Below, one piece after another: positions 1-9,319 of a DNA stretch of 46,003 nt (the first letter of the stretch is position 1; the number at the start of each line of letters is the position of its first letter). The position numbers and the translations under genes were made by a program. The notes under the pieces are model-generated. The model was not told where the DNA came from and did not search any database. It saw nothing but the letters and a program-made list of their open reading frames with translations. The stretch is from Candidatus Eiseniibacteriota bacterium (GTDB lineage: Bacteria; Eisenbacteria; RBG-16-71-46; CAIMUX01; WJJG01): assembly GCA_043806645.1 (NCBI GenBank), contig JAZDGX010000086.1, positions 1 through 46,003 of the forward strand. The letters are read 5' to 3'.

Positions 1-669
1 CTGACCTACCTGAGCTGCATTCCGAATCTCGTCGTGGCGGCCCCTTCCAGCGGGGCCGAGTTGCGCGATCTGCTGCGCACGGCGATCGACTACGACCGGG
101 GTCCCTTCGCGATTCGTTATCCCCGCGCCGCCGTTCCCGACGCTGACGCCCTCGGGCATCCCGCCCGGCCGGTGGAGATCGGTCGCTGGGTGTCGCTGCG
201 ACCCGGAACCGACGGGCACCTGCTGGCGGTCGGGCCGATGGTGGCGGCTGCATGGGACGCCAGCGATTTGCTGGCCGCCGCCGGCTTGTCGTTCGGCGTC
301 GTCAACGCGCGGTTCGTCAAGCCGCTGGATGTCGAGATGCTCAGAGCCCTGGCCGGCGAGCCGGGCCTGCTGGTGACGATCGAAGAGAACGTGCTGAGCG
401 GTGGATTCGGATCGCGCGTAGGTGCGGCGCTTGGCGAGTGCGCCGGCTCGCGCGCGCCCGAGTGCCGATTGTTGCATCTGGGGCTTCCGGATCAGTTCGT
501 CGAACATGGATCGCGCGACGGACTGCTCGAGTCGGTGGGCTTGACGCCCGCCGGCATTGCCGGGAGGATTCGGGAGGCCTTGAGCGAACTGAAGCGGTTT
601 CCGCCGGACCTGCGGCTTGCCGACGAGCCGGGGGCGAAGCTGCCCGCGGTCCGCTGGAGCGCCTCGTGA
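1..669 (+). CDS. dxs: 1-deoxy-D-xylulose-5-phosphate synthase, C-terminal fragment (5' end outside the window)
   Basis: Frame 1 is open from nt 1 (LTYLSCIPNLVVAAPSSGAELRDLLRTAIDYDRGPFAIRYPR...VVNARFVKPLD...TIEENVLSGGFGS...LGLPDQFVEHGSRD), which is the typical transketolase-C-like end of Dxs. Stop at 667-669. Confidence 0.85.
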   Translation: MTYLSCIPNLVVAAPSSGAELRDLLRTAIDYDRGPFAIRYPRAAVPDADALGHPARPVEIGRWVSLRPGTDGHLLAVGPMVAAAWDASDLLAAAGLSFGVVNARFVKPLDVEMLRALAGEPGLLVTIEENVLSGGFGSRVGAALGECAGSRAPECRLLHLGLPDQFVEHGSRDGLLESVGLTPAGIAGRIREALSELKRFPPDLRLADEPGAKLPAVRWSAS

Positions 670-694
670 GCGCGGGCGCCGGAAGGGGCAAGGC

Positions 695-1633
695 ATGAAA
701 GACGTCGAGAAAGTCGTGGTGCTGGGCACGGGACCGGCGGGGCTGACGGCGGCCATCTACCTCGCGCGCGCGCAAATCAACCCTCTCGTCGTGGACGGGG
801 CTTCCCCCGGGGGGCAGCTCATGATCACGAGCGAAGTGGAAAACTACCCCGGCTTTCCCGAGGGCATCACCGGCCCCGAGTTGGTGGAACGGGTGCGCAA
901 ACAGGCCGAGCGCTTCGGCGCTCGCTTCATGTTCGGCCGCGTGACCGTGGCCGAGTTGCGCTACGAGCCGCTCCGGCTCGATCTGGAAAGCGGGGAGCAG
1001 GTGCGCTGCCAGGCGCTGATCATCTCCACGGGCGCCACGGCGCGCTGGCTGGGGCTCGAATCGGAGACCGCCTTGCGGGGTGCGGGCGTGAGTGCCTGCG
1101 CGACATGCGACGGCTTCTTCTTCCAAGGCAAGCACGTTCTGGTCGTGGGTGGGGGAGACACGGCGATGGAGGATGCCCTCCATCTGACGCACTTCGCCAG
1201 CCGGGTCACGGTCGTTCATCGGCGCGGGGAGCTGCGCGCCTCGAAGTACATGGCGCAGAAAGCCATGGAGCATGAGAAGATCGACTTCATCTGGGATTCG
1301 GTCATCGAGGAGATCCGCGATGCCGGCCAGAAGCGGGTCACGGGGGTCATGCTGCGCAACGTCCGCTCGGGGCAGCCATCGGAGCTCGCCTGCGACGGTG
1401 TTTTTGTCGCGATCGGACACCAGCCCAATACGCGCTGCTTCACCGGGCAGCTGGACATGGACGAGAACGGCTACCTGATCACCCGACCGCGAACGACGAA
1501 GACCAATCTCAGCGGAGTGTTCGCGGCCGGCGATGTGGCCGATCTCCGCTATCGGCAGGCGATCACGGCGGCCGGGAGCGGCTGCATGGCGGCGATCGAT
1601 GCCGAGCGCTATCTCGGCGGGGAACCCTGGTAG
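695..1633 (+). CDS. trxB: thioredoxin-disulfide reductase
   Basis: ATG at 695 preceded by GGAAGGGG. Contains VVVLGTGPAGLTAAIY (FAD GxGxxG), the redox motif CATCDG, VVGGGDTAMEDA (NADPH site) and GVFAAGDV. The ORF-track start at 617 overlaps the dxs end and is less likely. Confidence 0.9.
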   Translation: MKDVEKVVVLGTGPAGLTAAIYLARAQINPLVVDGASPGGQLMITSEVENYPGFPEGITGPELVERVRKQAERFGARFMFGRVTVAELRYEPLRLDLESGEQVRCQALIISTGATARWLGLESETALRGAGVSACATCDGFFFQGKHVLVVGGGDTAMEDALHLTHFASRVTVVHRRGELRASKYMAQKAMEHEKIDFIWDSVIEEIRDAGQKRVTGVMLRNVRSGQPSELACDGVFVAIGHQPNTRCFTGQLDMDENGYLITRPRTTKTNLSGVFAAGDVADLRYRQAITAAGSGCMAAIDAERYLGGEPW

Positions 1634-1734
1634 GGTGGGCGACGGGCCGGCGCAGCGGGGAAGAACGCCGGCGGCCCGCGCCGATGACAGGCGCCGGACC
1701 CTGCCGGCGGGTTGAGCGGGCCCAGTGAGGGACG

Positions 1735-2262
1735 ATGTCGGTGCGTAAGATCATCACCTACGGACACACGACGCTGAGCCGGCGTGCGACGGAAGCGCAA
1801 GACGTCGATGCCGTGGTCCATGCGCTGGTCGAGGATCTCTTCGAGACGATGTACGGCGCCCGCGGCATCGGTCTGGCCGCGACGCAGGTCAACGAGCTCG
1901 TCCGCGTGGCCGTGGTCGATCCGACCACGACCGACGAGCCGGGCACCCGCGCGCTGGCCCTGATCAATCCCACGGTCGTCGAGTATTCGGGCGCCGAAGT
2001 GTTCGAGGAGGGTTGTCTGAGCGTGCCGGGGGTCTATGCGGATGTCCAGCGGCCCGAGCGCATCCTGCTCAGGTTTGTCGACCGCGATGGCCGCCAGTGC
2101 GAGGAGGAATTCGAGGGGAGGATGGCGCGCGTCATCCAGCACGAGATCGATCACCTCGACGGCCGGCTGTTCATCGATCGGCTGTCGAAGATGAGACGGG
2201 CGCTGCTGACCAAGAAGCTGCGGGAGATCCGCGGCGATTCGTCGAGTTCGCCCTCTTCATAG
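1735..2262 (+). CDS. def: peptide deformylase
   Basis: All three signature motifs are present: GIGLAATQV, EGCLSVPG and HEIDHLDG. GAGGG lies upstream of the ATG. Confidence 0.95.
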   Translation: MSVRKIITYGHTTLSRRATEAQDVDAVVHALVEDLFETMYGARGIGLAATQVNELVRVAVVDPTTTDEPGTRALALINPTVVEYSGAEVFEEGCLSVPGVYADVQRPERILLRFVDRDGRQCEEEFEGRMARVIQHEIDHLDGRLFIDRLSKMRRALLTKKLREIRGDSSSSPSS

Positions 2263-2504
2263 TTCCGGCCGGACCTCCGGTCGCAGGATTCCGTTCGAGA
2301 CGCGGCGCACCCTCGTTGCGGACGGCGTGTCGCGGGACCGGGAGGGACGGCACGGTCGTGCGAGGCGCGGGATTCCCGGGCCGACAGGGGAGGAGCAGTT
2401 TCGTGTCCGAGGAAGACGGAAGTTCCCCGCGGGAGGGTCCTCCCCCGTACGTCCCGCACTCGCACGCCGGCCCCGCGGCGGCGCACGCGGAGGTGTGGCC
2501 TGCC

Positions 2505-3011
2505 ATGGAGGCCGAGCAACTGCGTGGTTTTCTGGCCGCGGCGGCGAAGCTCTGGCTCGCCCACGACGGCCTCTGGTTTCAGGCAGTCGAGAAGCGCTGG
2601 GGCTTGGAAGAGGCGATCGCCTGTGATCGCGATGCCTGGGAACGCTTCTCTCCCCTGGAAGCGCGCCGGATCGGGGAGCTCATCGGACTGGCGCCCGGGG
2701 GTGGCTTGCAGGCGCTCGAGCAGGCCCTCGCGCATCGGCTCTACAGCCATCTGAACCGCCAACGCTGCGAATGGCCGGCCCCCGACCGGTTGGTCTTGCG
2801 GATGGAGACGTGCCGCGTGCAGGATGCGCGCCGGCGCAAGGGGCTGGCCGATTTTCCCTGTCGGAGTGTGGGCCTCGTCGAGTACGAGACATTCGCCCGT
2901 GCGATCGATGCACGCATCCGTACGCGCTGCATTTCCTGTCCGCCCGATCCCCGCGCGGCAGAACATGTGTGCGCCTGGGAATTCACGCTGGAAGCCGGAT
3001 CAGGGGACTGA
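2505..3011 (+). CDS. small Cys-rich protein of DUF6125 type (uncharacterised)
   Basis: 168 aa from ATG 2505. An alternative start is GTG 2403, with GGGGAGGAG 7 nt upstream. The pattern WLAHDGLWFQAVEKRWG...CRVQDARRRKGLADFPCRSVGLVEYETFA...RCISCPPD...CAWEF matches what I recall of DUF6125 proteins. The TGA stop overlaps the ATG of the next gene (TGATG at 3009-3013). The ORF-track start at 2013 overlaps def and is rejected. Confidence 0.6.
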   Translation: MEAEQLRGFLAAAAKLWLAHDGLWFQAVEKRWGLEEAIACDRDAWERFSPLEARRIGELIGLAPGGGLQALEQALAHRLYSHLNRQRCEWPAPDRLVLRMETCRVQDARRRKGLADFPCRSVGLVEYETFARAIDARIRTRCISCPPDPRAAEHVCAWEFTLEAGSGD

Positions 3012-6000
3012 TGGAACCACGCCTCGCCGAAAGGGACTGGCGCATCGGCTGCGACGTTGGCTCGACCGCCGTCAAGGTCGTGCTGCTCGGCGCGGACGGC
3101 CGCGAGTGCGTATGGCGCTCGTACCGGCGCCACGGGACGCGCCAGGCGGTCGCCGTCGTCCGCCTGCTGCGGGAACTGGACGCGGAGCGCCCCGGCGCGC
3201 TGGAGCGCGCACGGCTCTTCTTCACCGGCAATGGTGGCCGCACCCTTGCGCAACGCTCGCACGCCGGCTTCGTCCAGGAAGTGAATGCGGTGGCCGAGGC
3301 GACCGAGCGTCTCTACCCGGAGACCGGTTGCATCGTCGACCTGGGCGGGCAGGACGCGAAGATCATCCACTGGCAGAAGGACGCACGCACGGGCCGCCGG
3401 CGGAAGTTCTTCAGCATGAACGACAAATGCGCGGGGGGGACCGGCTCGATCATCGACCGGATCGCGGCCAAGGTCGGTCTTTCATCCGCAGCGCTGGGGC
3501 AGATCCGGTGCCTGCGCCCCTCGGTGCATCGCGTGGCCGCGCGCTGCGGCGTCTTCGCTGAAACCGACGTCAACAGCCTCCAGAAGCAGGGGATCCCGGC
3601 CGAGGAGCTCATCCACGCGCTCTTCGAGGCCATCGTCCAGCAGAATCTGAGTGTGCTGGCGCGCGGGGTGACGTTGCGGCCGCCGGTGCTCCTGCTCGGC
3701 GGCCCACATGCCTTCCTGCCGGGCCTGGTCGACACCTGGCGTCGCGAGTTGGCCGCGCTGTGGGACGAGCGGGGAATCGCCCGGCCGGCGGGGGAGGAGA
3801 GCGCCATCGCGGTCCCGGAGGAGGCCTGCTTCTTCGCGGCGCTGGGGTGCGTCCCGGGCGCCGGCGCGCCGGCGCCCGCGGGGGGGGAGATCTCGGCGGC
3901 CGAAGCGCTGAGCGCATTGGAGGCGTTCCTGCACACGCGCGCCTCCGAAGTGGGGGCGCCGCCGCTGCTGCACAGCGAGCACGAGCGCCGGGAGATCGCC
4001 GCCCTCGCGCGGCAGGCCGGCCCGCGCGGGTTCGGCCCCGCCCGCGGTCCCCACGAGGTGATCCTCGGCCTGGATGCCGGCTCGACCTCGACCAAGGCGG
4101 TAGCGCTCGATGTGGAAGGAAACCTGCTCGCCAAGGCGTACCGCCTGTCGGGGGGCGATCCCTTGCGCGATGCGCAGGCCGTCCTGGGCGAGATCGCGCG
4201 GCAGGCGGAATGCGCGGGCACCCGGTTGGAGGTGCGCGGCTTCGGCGTCACCGGCTATGCGAAGGACCTCCTGGGCACGCTCCTGGGCGCGGATCTGATC
4301 CTCGTCGAGACGGTCGCGCACGCGCGCAGCGCGCTCACGATCCGTCCGGATGCCGAAGTGATCGTCGATGTGGGCGGCCAGGACATCAAGGTCCTGATTC
4401 TGCGCGAAGGCCGCGTGCGGGATTTCCGCTTGAACAGCCAGTGTTCCGCCGGCAATGGCTACTTCCTGCAAAGCACGGCCGCACGCTTCGAGATCCCCCT
4501 CGATGATTTCGCCGCGACCGCCTTCTGCGCCTCGCGCTGCCCCGAATTCCACTTCGGGTGCGCCGTCTTCCTCGAGTCCGACATCGTCAATTTTCAGCAG
4601 CTCGGGTGGGCGCCCGGGGAGATCCTGGCCGGACTGGCGCGTGTGCTGCCGAAGAACGTCTGGCTGTATGTCGTCGGGGAACCGAATCTCGCGCGGCTCG
4701 GACGGATCTTCATTTTGCAGGGGGGCACCCAGCGCAATCTCGCCGCCGTGAAGGCGCAGGTCGATTTCATTCGCGGCCGCGTACCGCAGGCCGACGTGCA
4801 CGTCCATCCCCACGCGGGCGAGGCGGGGGCGATCGGCGTGGCCCTCGAGATCCTGGAGCGTGGGCTGTGGAGGTCCCGCTCACACTTCCCCGGCCTGCGC
4901 ACGGCGTGCGACATGGAAGTCCGCGAGCGCTCCGAACTGGCGAGCCGCTGCCCGGGCTGCCCGAACCGCTGCGCGCGCACGGTTCTCGAGGCGCGATCTC
5001 CCGGCCGGGATTTCCGCCGGTTCGTGGTCGCGCCCTGCGAGGTGGGGCGGCGTCTGGCGCTGGAGGAGGGCGAGCGGGAAGAGGAGGGTGCGGCGGCTCT
5101 GCGAAGCGGGTCCGATCCTGGGCCGGAGGCAGCGTCCGGCGTGCCGCGGGCCCCCGATTTCGCCGCCCAGGCCGCGCGCATCGCATTCTCCCGCAACCCG
5201 CACCTTTCGCCGCTCCCGTCCACCGGGCCCGGGAACAACGGACGCCGGTGGGGCCGGCGTGCGCGACACCGGAGGGCCGGGGAGCGCGATCGCATCCGCA
5301 TCGGGCTGCCTCGGGCGCTCAATCTCCATCAGGTCGCTCCCTACTTCATCGCCTACATGCGAGCGCTCGGACTCGGCCCCGAACAGATCATCATCTCGCG
5401 CCCCACCACCGAGAGCCTCTTTCGACGGGGGTCGCGGCGCGGCGCGATCGACACCTGCTATCCCTCGAAAGTCGCCTTGGCGCAGGTGCACGAGCTCATC
5501 CAGCCGCCGCGCGCCGACTGGATCTTCTTCCCGATCCTGGTGAATCTTCCGGCGCAGCTTCACCCGGTGGTCGACGCATGGGTTTGTCCCACCTCCCAGG
5601 CGACCCCCGAAGTCGTCAAGGCGGCATTCTTGCGGGAGGAGGACCTCTTCGCCCGGCAGGGGCTGCGCTACTTCGACCCTGTGTTTCATATGGGAGAACC
5701 GCGCCTCTTCGAGCGGGAGATGCACCGTTTCTGGGGCCCGCTGTTGGGGGTCGGAGCGAAAGAGAATCGCTTGGCGCTGGAGCAAGGGGCGGGTGCGCTC
5801 GAGCATGCGCTCGAGCGGCTGCGGGCGCGGGCGCTGCTGGAGATTCACCGGTTGGAACTGGAGCGCCGGGTCGGCATCGTCGCCCTCGGACGGCCCTACC
5901 ATGACGATCCGGGACTCAACCACGGGATCCTCAGGGATCTGAACCACCGCGGCTACCCGATCTTCACCGTGGGGTCGTTGCCGCGTCATCCCGACTTCCT

Positions 6001-6430
6001 GCAGCGTCTCTTCGGCGAAGAGATCGATCGCGGCGCGATCCGCGGGCCCTTCGACATCTCGGATGTCTGGAAGAACTCGTTCAGCGCGAACTCGAACCAG
6101 AAGGTGTGGGCCGCCAAGGTGGTGGCGCGCCACCCGAATCTCGTCGCCCTGGACTTGAGCAGCTTCCGATGCGGGCACGACGCTCCCATTCTGGCGACCG
6201 TCGAGGCGATCCTCGAGGCGGCGGGCACGCCCTATTTCACCTTCCACGACATCGACGAGAACCGGCCGAGCGGGGCGATCCGTTTGCGCGTGGAGACCAT
6301 CGACTACTCGCTCAGGGAATACGAACGGCGCGCGTTGGGGCGGTCGGAAAGAAGCCGGGAGAGGCCCAAGGTCATGTCGGAGTCGGGGCGGCGCGATCGA
6401 GCGTTGGCTTCACCGATGGCGCGCGTGTAG
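3011..6430 (+). CDS. fusion protein: two BcrAD/BadFG (HgdC-like) activase ATPase domains plus a C-terminal DUF2229-type domain (CoA-substrate-specific enzyme activase family)
   Basis: Two actin-fold ATPase starts are present (IGCDVGSTAVKVVLL and LGLDAGSTSTKAVAL). Each is followed by the paired cluster-Cys contexts NDKCAGGTGS/AARCGVFAETD and NSQCSAGNGYF/GCAVFLESD. A CPGCPNRC motif and a low-complexity linker follow. The C-terminal part (IGLPRALNLHQVAPYFIAYMRALG...IDTCYPSKVALAQVHEL) is typical of the activase-associated uncharacterised domain. Confidence 0.8.
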   Translation: MEPRLAERDWRIGCDVGSTAVKVVLLGADGRECVWRSYRRHGTRQAVAVVRLLRELDAERPGALERARLFFTGNGGRTLAQRSHAGFVQEVNAVAEATERLYPETGCIVDLGGQDAKIIHWQKDARTGRRRKFFSMNDKCAGGTGSIIDRIAAKVGLSSAALGQIRCLRPSVHRVAARCGVFAETDVNSLQKQGIPAEELIHALFEAIVQQNLSVLARGVTLRPPVLLLGGPHAFLPGLVDTWRRELAALWDERGIARPAGEESAIAVPEEACFFAALGCVPGAGAPAPAGGEISAAEALSALEAFLHTRASEVGAPPLLHSEHERREIAALARQAGPRGFGPARGPHEVILGLDAGSTSTKAVALDVEGNLLAKAYRLSGGDPLRDAQAVLGEIARQAECAGTRLEVRGFGVTGYAKDLLGTLLGADLILVETVAHARSALTIRPDAEVIVDVGGQDIKVLILREGRVRDFRLNSQCSAGNGYFLQSTAARFEIPLDDFAATAFCASRCPEFHFGCAVFLESDIVNFQQLGWAPGEILAGLARVLPKNVWLYVVGEPNLARLGRIFILQGGTQRNLAAVKAQVDFIRGRVPQADVHVHPHAGEAGAIGVALEILERGLWRSRSHFPGLRTACDMEVRERSELASRCPGCPNRCARTVLEARSPGRDFRRFVVAPCEVGRRLALEEGEREEEGAAALRSGSDPGPEAASGVPRAPDFAAQAARIAFSRNPHLSPLPSTGPGNNGRRWGRRARHRRAGERDRIRIGLPRALNLHQVAPYFIAYMRALGLGPEQIIISRPTTESLFRRGSRRGAIDTCYPSKVALAQVHELIQPPRADWIFFPILVNLPAQLHPVVDAWVCPTSQATPEVVKAAFLREEDLFARQGLRYFDPVFHMGEPRLFEREMHRFWGPLLGVGAKENRLALEQGAGALEHALERLRARALLEIHRLELERRVGIVALGRPYHDDPGLNHGILRDLNHRGYPIFTVGSLPRHPDFLQRLFGEEIDRGAIRGPFDISDVWKNSFSANSNQKVWAAKVVARHPNLVALDLSSFRCGHDAPILATVEAILEAAGTPYFTFHDIDENRPSGAIRLRVETIDYSLREYERRALGRSERSRERPKVMSESGRRDRALASPMARV

Positions 6431-6516
6431 AGCGTGTAGAGATGGACGCTGGTGCGCCCGCGCAGGCAGGCGGGCCGCAGGCTTGAGGCGGCGGACCAGA
6501 GAGGCGGCGGACGAGC

Positions 6517-8100
6517 ATGGATGGCAAGACGCCCGAAGCGTGGGAAGCGCAGCCGAGCCCCGCGGAAGTGCGCCACTTCCGTTTGGCCGAGCCCCGCCCC
6601 CCCTTCGATCCCAAGGACGGCGGGGTCACGATCCTCTTCGGCGGCCTGACCGAGTCGCACGAGAGGCTGGTCGAGGGCGCCTGGGAGGGCCTCGGGCTGC
6701 GAGTCGACGGCCTGCCCGTTCCCGACAACGAGTCGCTCGCGATCGGCCGCGAGTACGGCAATCGCGGCATGTGCAATCCTGCCTACTACACGATCGGGAA
6801 CCTGATCAAATACCTGCTGCGCCTCCGCCAGGCCGGAGTGCCCGACATCGAGGAACGTTTCGCCTACCTGACCGCCGGGTCGTGCGGTCCGTGCCGCTTC
6901 GGGATGTACGAGGCGGAGTATCGCCGCTCGCTGGCGCAGGCCGGCTTTCCCGACTTCCGCGTGCTGGTCATCCAGCAGGCGGAGGGACTCGAACAGTCCG
7001 CGGGCGCGAGCGGCCTGCGCCTCGAGCGGCCCCTGCTGCTGGCCCTCGTGCGCGCCCTGATGGTGGGCGACATCCTGAATGAGCTGGGCCACGCGTTGCG
7101 CCCCTATGAAGGTGAACGGGGCGCGATCGATGCGGCGCTCGACGAGGGCCGCCGCTGGCTCTACTGGTCCTTCCGCGATCGCGAAAGTCCGCTGCCGGCC
7201 CTGCGCCGGCTGCGCCGGCGGCTCGATGAAGTGCCGGTCGACTATCTGCGCGTGAAGCCCAAGGTGAAGATCACCGGCGAGTTTTGGGCGCAGACCACCG
7301 AGGGCGACGGCAGCTACCACATGGCGCGCTGGCTGGAGGAGGAAGGCGCCGAAGTGCTCGTCGAGCCGGTCGGCACTTGGATCGAGTACCTGCTCTGGAC
7401 GCGGCTGCAGCGCAGCCAGGACCGGCGCGGCCTGCCCCGCGAGGGGCGTGAAAGCCACTCCGGATTGCTAGAGCTGCGCCTGAGGCTGGGAGAGATCCTC
7501 TTCAACTCGGTCTACAACACCTACCGCGCCGCGGTCGGTTTCCGCACCGAGCCGCTCGCCTCGATGGACGCGCTCGCGCGCTATGCGCACGACTACTACA
7601 ACACCCGCATCACGGGCGGCGAGGCCTTCCTCGAGGTGGCCAAGACGATCTACTCCGTACGCCGCCGCAAGGCGCACATGGTCGTATCGATCAAACCCTT
7701 CGGCTGCATGCCGAGCACGCAGAGCGACGGCGTGCAGGTGAAGGTCCTCGCGGATCATCCCGATGCGCTCTTCGTCTCGGTCGAGACCTCGGGGGACAGC
7801 GAGGTGCATGTCAAGAGCCGCGTGCAGATGATGCTCAGCGAGGCGCGCGAACGTGCGCGGCTCGAATTCGAGACGCAGGCGCAACGCCTCGGTCTGACCG
7901 CACTCGTCGATCCCGCCACACGCCCCGCCGGACTTCCCGTGCCGTCGGCGATGTCTCCGCTGCCGCGGCGGGAGATCGGCACGGCGACGAACTACCTGTG
8001 GTGGTTGCGCCGGCCGGCGGTGCTGCGCTCGCTTCCGGTGCCCTCCGAAATGCTCACCGAGGCCCTCCGGCGACGCCGGCGCGGACCGGAAGAATCGTAG
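6517..8100 (+). CDS. acyl-CoA dehydratase activase-related protein (uncharacterised partner subunit)
   Basis: 527 aa. Motifs seen: ILFGGLTESHERLVEGAWEGLGL...GNRGMCNPAYYTIGNLIKYL...AGSCGPCRFGMYEAEY...ITGEFWAQTTEGDG...VSIKPFGCMPS. These are characteristic of proteins encoded next to fused activases. Confidence 0.7.
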   Translation: MDGKTPEAWEAQPSPAEVRHFRLAEPRPPFDPKDGGVTILFGGLTESHERLVEGAWEGLGLRVDGLPVPDNESLAIGREYGNRGMCNPAYYTIGNLIKYLLRLRQAGVPDIEERFAYLTAGSCGPCRFGMYEAEYRRSLAQAGFPDFRVLVIQQAEGLEQSAGASGLRLERPLLLALVRALMVGDILNELGHALRPYEGERGAIDAALDEGRRWLYWSFRDRESPLPALRRLRRRLDEVPVDYLRVKPKVKITGEFWAQTTEGDGSYHMARWLEEEGAEVLVEPVGTWIEYLLWTRLQRSQDRRGLPREGRESHSGLLELRLRLGEILFNSVYNTYRAAVGFRTEPLASMDALARYAHDYYNTRITGGEAFLEVAKTIYSVRRRKAHMVVSIKPFGCMPSTQSDGVQVKVLADHPDALFVSVETSGDSEVHVKSRVQMMLSEARERARLEFETQAQRLGLTALVDPATRPAGLPVPSAMSPLPRREIGTATNYLWWLRRPAVLRSLPVPSEMLTEALRRRRRGPEES

Positions 8101-8129
8101 CGGGCACGCGCGCTCGCCTGCAGGAATCT

Positions 8130-8146
8130 CACGGCGGATCGCCGTG
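8130..8146. terminator. short perfect hairpin between convergent genes (possible bidirectional terminator)
   Basis: CACGGCG-GAT-CGCCGTG, a 7-bp stem with a 3-nt loop. There is no flanking U-run, so the assignment is weak. Confidence 0.25.
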
Positions 8147-8173
8147 GCGGGACGCTTCCCGAGGGCGGCGCGG

Positions 8174-9175
8174 TCAGGGGTATTCCGGAAGGCTCTCGGC
8201 CGCGCGAATCAAGGACAAGACCTGCTGCGCGGCCCGCTCGATGGGCCCGGGGATCTGAGCGGCGGCGGCATTCATGTGGCCGCCTCCCCCCAACTGGCGC
8301 GCGACGCGATTGACCGGCACGCGCCCCATCGAACGCAGGCTCACTTTCAGAGTGTCGCTCGTTTCCTCCTGCAGGGTGAAGGCCACTTCGACGCCTTCGG
8401 TCTCCAGGAGACAGGTGACCAGATCGCGCAAATCGTCGCGGGTGATCTCATCGGATGCGGCCCACGCCCGGGGAATGAAGAGCCAAGCGATCCGCCCCTC
8501 ATCCTCGCGGCGGGTCTGATCGAGGATCTGGGCGAAGAGGGCGATCTTGCGGGGGGAGCGGGAGGCGAAGAGGTGGCGGTAGACCGTGGCGGCATCCGCC
8601 CCCGCCTCGATCAGTGCGGCGGCGGCGTGATGGGCGGTCGCACGCCCGCGCAGGTACTTGAAGGAATTCGTGTCGTAGGCGATGGCTGCATAGAGGCAGG
8701 TCGCCGCCTCCGGGCTGAGAGGCGCGCCCAACTCCCGGATCAGGCTCCAGCACAGCTCCCCGGTCGAAGATGCGTAGGGATCGCAGAAGACCTGCGGTTG
8801 CCGGCAGGCCGGCGACGGATGGTGGTCTAGAAAAAACGTGGGAAAGGACGCCGTGCGCAGCTGCTCTCCGAGGCTTCCCGCCAGGTCCCAGGCGTGTGTA
8901 TCGAGGACCAGGGCGAAGTCCGTCTGCGCGAAGAGCGCGTGCCGCTCGGCAGGCGCGACCTGATCCCAGTCGCGCAAGCGATGGGCTCCCGGCAGGAAGC
9001 GCAGCCTGGCCGGCACCTCGCCCTGAAGGAAGCCTTCGGCGCGCACGCCCAAGGCCTCCAGGGCGAAGGCAATCCCGAGCTGGCTGCCGATGCCGTCTCC
9101 GTCGGGCCCCTGGTGGGTCGTCAGGATGATCTGGCGGGCGTCGCGGATGCGTTCAGCCAATGGCTTCGTTTGCAT
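8174..9175 (-). CDS. nrnA: DHH/DHHA1 family phosphoesterase (NrnA-like oligoribonuclease/pAp phosphatase)
   Basis: ILTTHQGPDGDGIGS (DHH motifs I/II), VLDTH and the DHHA1 motif GGGGHMNAAAAQ. Start taken at ATG 9175 (MQTKPLAERI); the ORF-track start at 9259 adds a non-homologous extension. Confidence 0.8.
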   Translation of the reverse strand: MQTKPLAERIRDARQIILTTHQGPDGDGIGSQLGIAFALEALGVRAEGFLQGEVPARLRFLPGAHRLRDWDQVAPAERHALFAQTDFALVLDTHAWDLAGSLGEQLRTASFPTFFLDHHPSPACRQPQVFCDPYASSTGELCWSLIRELGAPLSPEAATCLYAAIAYDTNSFKYLRGRATAHHAAAALIEAGADAATVYRHLFASRSPRKIALFAQILDQTRREDEGRIAWLFIPRAWAASDEITRDDLRDLVTCLLETEGVEVAFTLQEETSDTLKVSLRSMGRVPVNRVARQLGGGGHMNAAAAQIPGPIERAAQQVLSLIRAAESLPEYP

Positions 9176-9259
9176 GGATAGGACTCCGGCGTTTCCCAGC
9201 CCGGCCCCAGCCCGGCCAAGCGAACCGGCAAATGTAGCGATCGCGAGCAGTGGGGTCAA

Positions 9260-9319
9260 TCAGCGGAGAATGAGCACCCGCTGGCTGCCCTTTCCCCCGG
9301 GGCCTTGGATGGAAAGCCA
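9260..9319 (-). other. in-frame continuation of the S8 protease C-terminal domain beyond its TAA stop (WLSIQGPGGKGSQRVLILR then TGA)
   Basis: Codons read by hand on the minus strand directly after TAA (9320-9322). They give the canonical end of a FlgD-Ig/T9SS-like C-terminal domain (...xLxxxGxxxxxRxLxLxR-stop). Confidence 0.6.

Noticed and set aside
2013-2504. Long N-terminal extension of the DUF6125-like ORF, and the 2771-3010 extension of the activase ORF
   Set aside because: The first overlaps def in another frame and is Arg/Pro/Gly-rich. The second overlaps the DUF6125-like gene. Homology starts at 2505 (or 2403) and at 3011 respectively.
3482-6247. Minus-strand ORFs 3482-4813 (443 aa) and 4880-6247 (455 aa), and several off-frame plus-strand ORFs
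   Set aside because: All lie inside the activase fusion gene, which has clear ATPase and DUF2229-type motifs in the 3011 frame.
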